Below, one piece after another: positions 21,076 to 24,035 of a stretch of 24,035 nucleotides of DNA (position 1 is the first letter of the stretch; each line of letters starts with the position of its first letter). Made by a program: the position numbers and the translations under genes. Source of the DNA: Octopus sinensis (Eukaryota); assembly GCF_006345805.1 (NCBI RefSeq), contig NW_021836477.1, forward strand, positions 1 to 24,035. The letters run 5' to 3'. The notes under the pieces are model-generated. The model was not told the DNA's origin, did not search any database, and saw only the letters and a program-made list of their open reading frames with translations.

Positions 21076-22368
21076 TCAGGTCTTCCCATAAGTTCTGTTC
21101 GAATTTTGAATAAAGAAAACAAGTGATCAAATGTTATATCTAATTGAAATTTAATCATCAAGGTACTCTCCCTGATTATCTATGACTTCCTTTCTTGTAT
21201 TTACACGCTTTTTAATCCCATCAATATAAAACTCTTCATGGTTTCAAAGCGAAGAACTCTGAAATGTCAGTTTCGACCTCCTCCTGGCTTGCGAAAGTTA
21301 TGTCCCCCAAATGATTCTGTAAACTACGAAACAAATAGTAGTCTGAAGGAGCAAGGTCGGGAGAATAAGGTGGATGAGGAATTTTTTCCCAACCAAACTT
21401 TTCGATCTTCTGTGATGTGATCTTTGCAGTATGGGGTCGCGCATTATCCTGATGAAACATCACTCCTTTTCGATTCACTAAAGCGGGTCTTTTTTCTTTT
21501 AAGCTTGGTTCAAATTCTCTAATTGCTGGCAGTAGACTTGAGCATTGTTTGTTGCATCAGGCGGTAACAATTCAAAGTGAATTACTCCTTTGCAATCCCA
21601 TTAGATAGAGAGAAGAACCTTTTTCCCATGAAGTTTCCTTCGCGGTTGTGGTTGAGCTTTTTCTCCTTTACCAAGCAACTGTTTTACGACGTTTAACATA
21701 TCGATAGAAGATCCATTTTTCGCCACCAGTCACAAGTCTATCCAAAAGAGGTGAAATGAGTTCGCAAGAATGGAGAGAAGAGTAGATGTCAAAACAGGAT
21801 TCGCGGTTGCTTTCGGAAAATTGATGAAGCACCCATTTTCCAAGTTTGGGAACCTTTCCAAGTGCTTGAAGATGACGATGAACACTCGTATGGTTTGAAC
21901 TAAGCTTTATTGCCAATTCTTCAACTGATAATGCAGGGTTTTGTTTTTCAAGTAATGCCTCAAGGAGCTTATCATCAAACTCAACTGGACGTCCTGTTTG
22001 ATCTTCATCTTCAAGGCTAAAATCTCCACTTCTGAATGTTGCAAACCATCTTCTGCAAGTTCTTTCATTCAAGCATTCTTTCCCATAAACTGAGTGTATA
22101 TTTCGAGTTGCTTCGGCTGCAGAATTTCCTTTTTTGTACTCATAAAGCATTAAGTGCCTTAAATGCTCTTTGGATACTTCCATGTTAGAAAGGGTTTTAA
22201 TCAAATAAAATTAAAAACTATTATTCTGTAAAATAATATTTAATTAGTTTAAATGTACACAAATGCATAAAAATAATTTTTAATTCTATTAGACATTCTA
22301 AAATACTATTAAATTTCATTCAATTTTTAAAAAAGGTAAAATCGGACAGAACTTATGGGATGACCGCA
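21076..22368 (-). mobile_element. Full-length (~1.29 kb) defective mariner transposon
   Basis: TIRs tcaggtcttcccataagttctgttcgaattt / aaatcggacagaacttatgggatgacc enclose a transposase pseudogene. Confidence 0.95.
21151..22183 (-). pseudogene. Mariner (Mos1-like) D,D34D transposase pseudogene
   Basis: MEVSKEHLRHLMLYEYKKG HTH region, WVLHQF (WVPHEL motif), VTGGEKW (first catalytic D mutated to G), HQDNARPH and YSPDLAPSD with 34 residues between the Ds. Contains stops and frameshifts. Confidence 0.93.
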
Positions 22369-22947
22369 AAGTTTTGTTAAGGTAGAATTAATTAACTGAT
22401 TGATAGCGCACGAAGCAGTGTTGAATGAAATATACATGTGTACAATCATATGTAATACGTTCGTCTACACTCGGATGTGAAATAATATGCTGACGATCTT
22501 AGATCCACTGATTCCCATGCAGGTATGTACGGTTATATAAAAAATATTACAACTGACAGGTAAGGTACTTTTAATAAAATCGGGTGATTTTACATTCTAG
22601 ATAAAAAAATGGAAAATACAATGCAGGATTGAATCTGGCTTTTAACTCAGTTTGGTTATTTTTGGGTGTTTCGAATATTCATAGGAGTTTCTGTTTACAA
22701 ATTGCGTAGATAGTCTCAGATAGTCAAATGTTGTTAAAATCACTGTATTTCAAATGTGAGTCCTAGCTTATCTTTTTCCTCCGATTTCTTATACAATCAT
22801 GATCAAAGGCTTTCTAATCTAGTCATGACCATCCCGTTTAGAATTACAGTTACAGTCTCTAATGCTCTATTATTACATTATCATGCGAGTTATTACTCCT
22901 TTAAGACGGTAAAGTGTAGTCTGAAGGAGATATAGCTACTATTTCTA

Positions 22948-24035
22948 TCAGGTTGAGTAAAAAGTAAGCAACGTTTTGAACCATGAAGAATTTGTACCAG
23001 TGTTTTGAATTTTAATACTGATATAGACTTGGATTTTTTTTCACAAGCACAATATTCGAACAATTTTGATATTCAACTTCAAGAAAGGACGTATAGCAGC
23101 TGAAACTGCTTGTGATATCAACGAAACGTTTGGTGAAGAAATGACCAGTAAGTGGTCAGCTCGAAAATGGTTTAAACTATTTCGCAGAGACCTGAGCCTT
23201 GAAGATCGTGAGCGTAGTGGACGCCCATCTGTGGATCTTTTTCAATGACGGTATTTAATTGACCGTCATAGAGAAAGATCCACGTAAAACCACTCGTGAA
23301 CTGGCAAAATATCTTCAAGTTAGCCAGAAAACTGCCTGCAATCATTTGCAAGCGATCGGAAAATCAAAAGAGCTCGATAAATGGGTACCACACGATTTGA
23401 AAGAAAATCAGAAAATGCACAGTTACGAAATTTGCTCGTCGCTTCTCCGTAAACTAGATAGATCCATTTCTCGACCGTATTGTAACTTGCGATGGAAAGT
23501 GGATTCTGTACAATAATAAAAAAGTATTCTTCGCAGTGGTTGGACCAAAATGAAGTACCGAAAACCTTCTCTAAACCCAAGCTCTTCAAAAAGAGGGCTA
23601 TGGTGACTGTTTGGTAGTATACTGCTGGACTAATCCACTATAACTTCTTAAAACCCTGAAAAACCATTACTGCAGAAACACATTGCCATGAAATTGCCAA
23701 AGTGAACGAAAGGCTGCTACTCCTCCGTATCCGACTGGTCTACAGAAGAGTGCCAATCATTCTTCATGACAATGCTTGACCACACGTTTCACTAATGACG
23801 CTCCAGAAGTTGAAGGAACTTGACTACGAAGTTCTTCCCCATCCAGCTTATTCCCCAGATTTTTCTCCTACCGACTACCACTTTTTCAGGCACCTTGATG
23901 GTTTCCTGTGAGAGAAGGAGTTCAAAAATCAAACCGTTGCTGAAAGTGGATTCAAAGAGTTCATCAGCTCCAGAACTCCAGATTTTTATGTTATTGGAAT
24001 AAACAAACTCGTTGGCAAAAATGTGTTGATTGTAA
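22948..24035 (+). mobile_element. Defective mariner transposon of a second family, running off the window end
   Basis: TA + tcaggttgagtaaaaagtaagcaacgtttt (TIR-like). IFNFKKGRIAAETA, RSGRP, WVPHDL, VTCDGKWILYNN, HDNA*PH and YSPDFSPTD with D34D spacing. Multiple stops and frameshifts. Confidence 0.92.

Noticed and set aside
21151-22204. Active transposase or domesticated SETMAR-like gene
   Set aside because: Split by stops and frameshifts, first catalytic Asp is Gly, TIRs are present and there is no SET domain.

Overview
This is AT-rich, microsatellite-dense eukaryotic DNA, intergenic or intronic. The repeat repertoire suggests an octopod cephalopod (inference, not checked). No intact host gene is supported, and nearly all listed ORFs are microsatellite read-throughs. 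The window is a mosaic of transposon relics: three mariner (D,D34D-type) elements, two hAT derivatives, Tc1/mariner MITEs, a non-autonomous Helitron, a probable Helentron-type element, RTE and R4/Dong LINE fragments, and many tRNA-derived SINEs. One nested stack at about 0.95-3.1 kb can be fully reconstructed (mariner > hAT > Helitron + SINE). The most notable signal is a set of type I hammerhead-ribozyme motifs in Penelope-like/retrozyme-like non-coding segments. Two sit on opposite strands in the arms of a near-identical ~490-bp inverted repeat (13969-15315). One lies downstream of two back-to-back long hairpins (18386-18723). One is a minimal variant-core motif (8221-8258).
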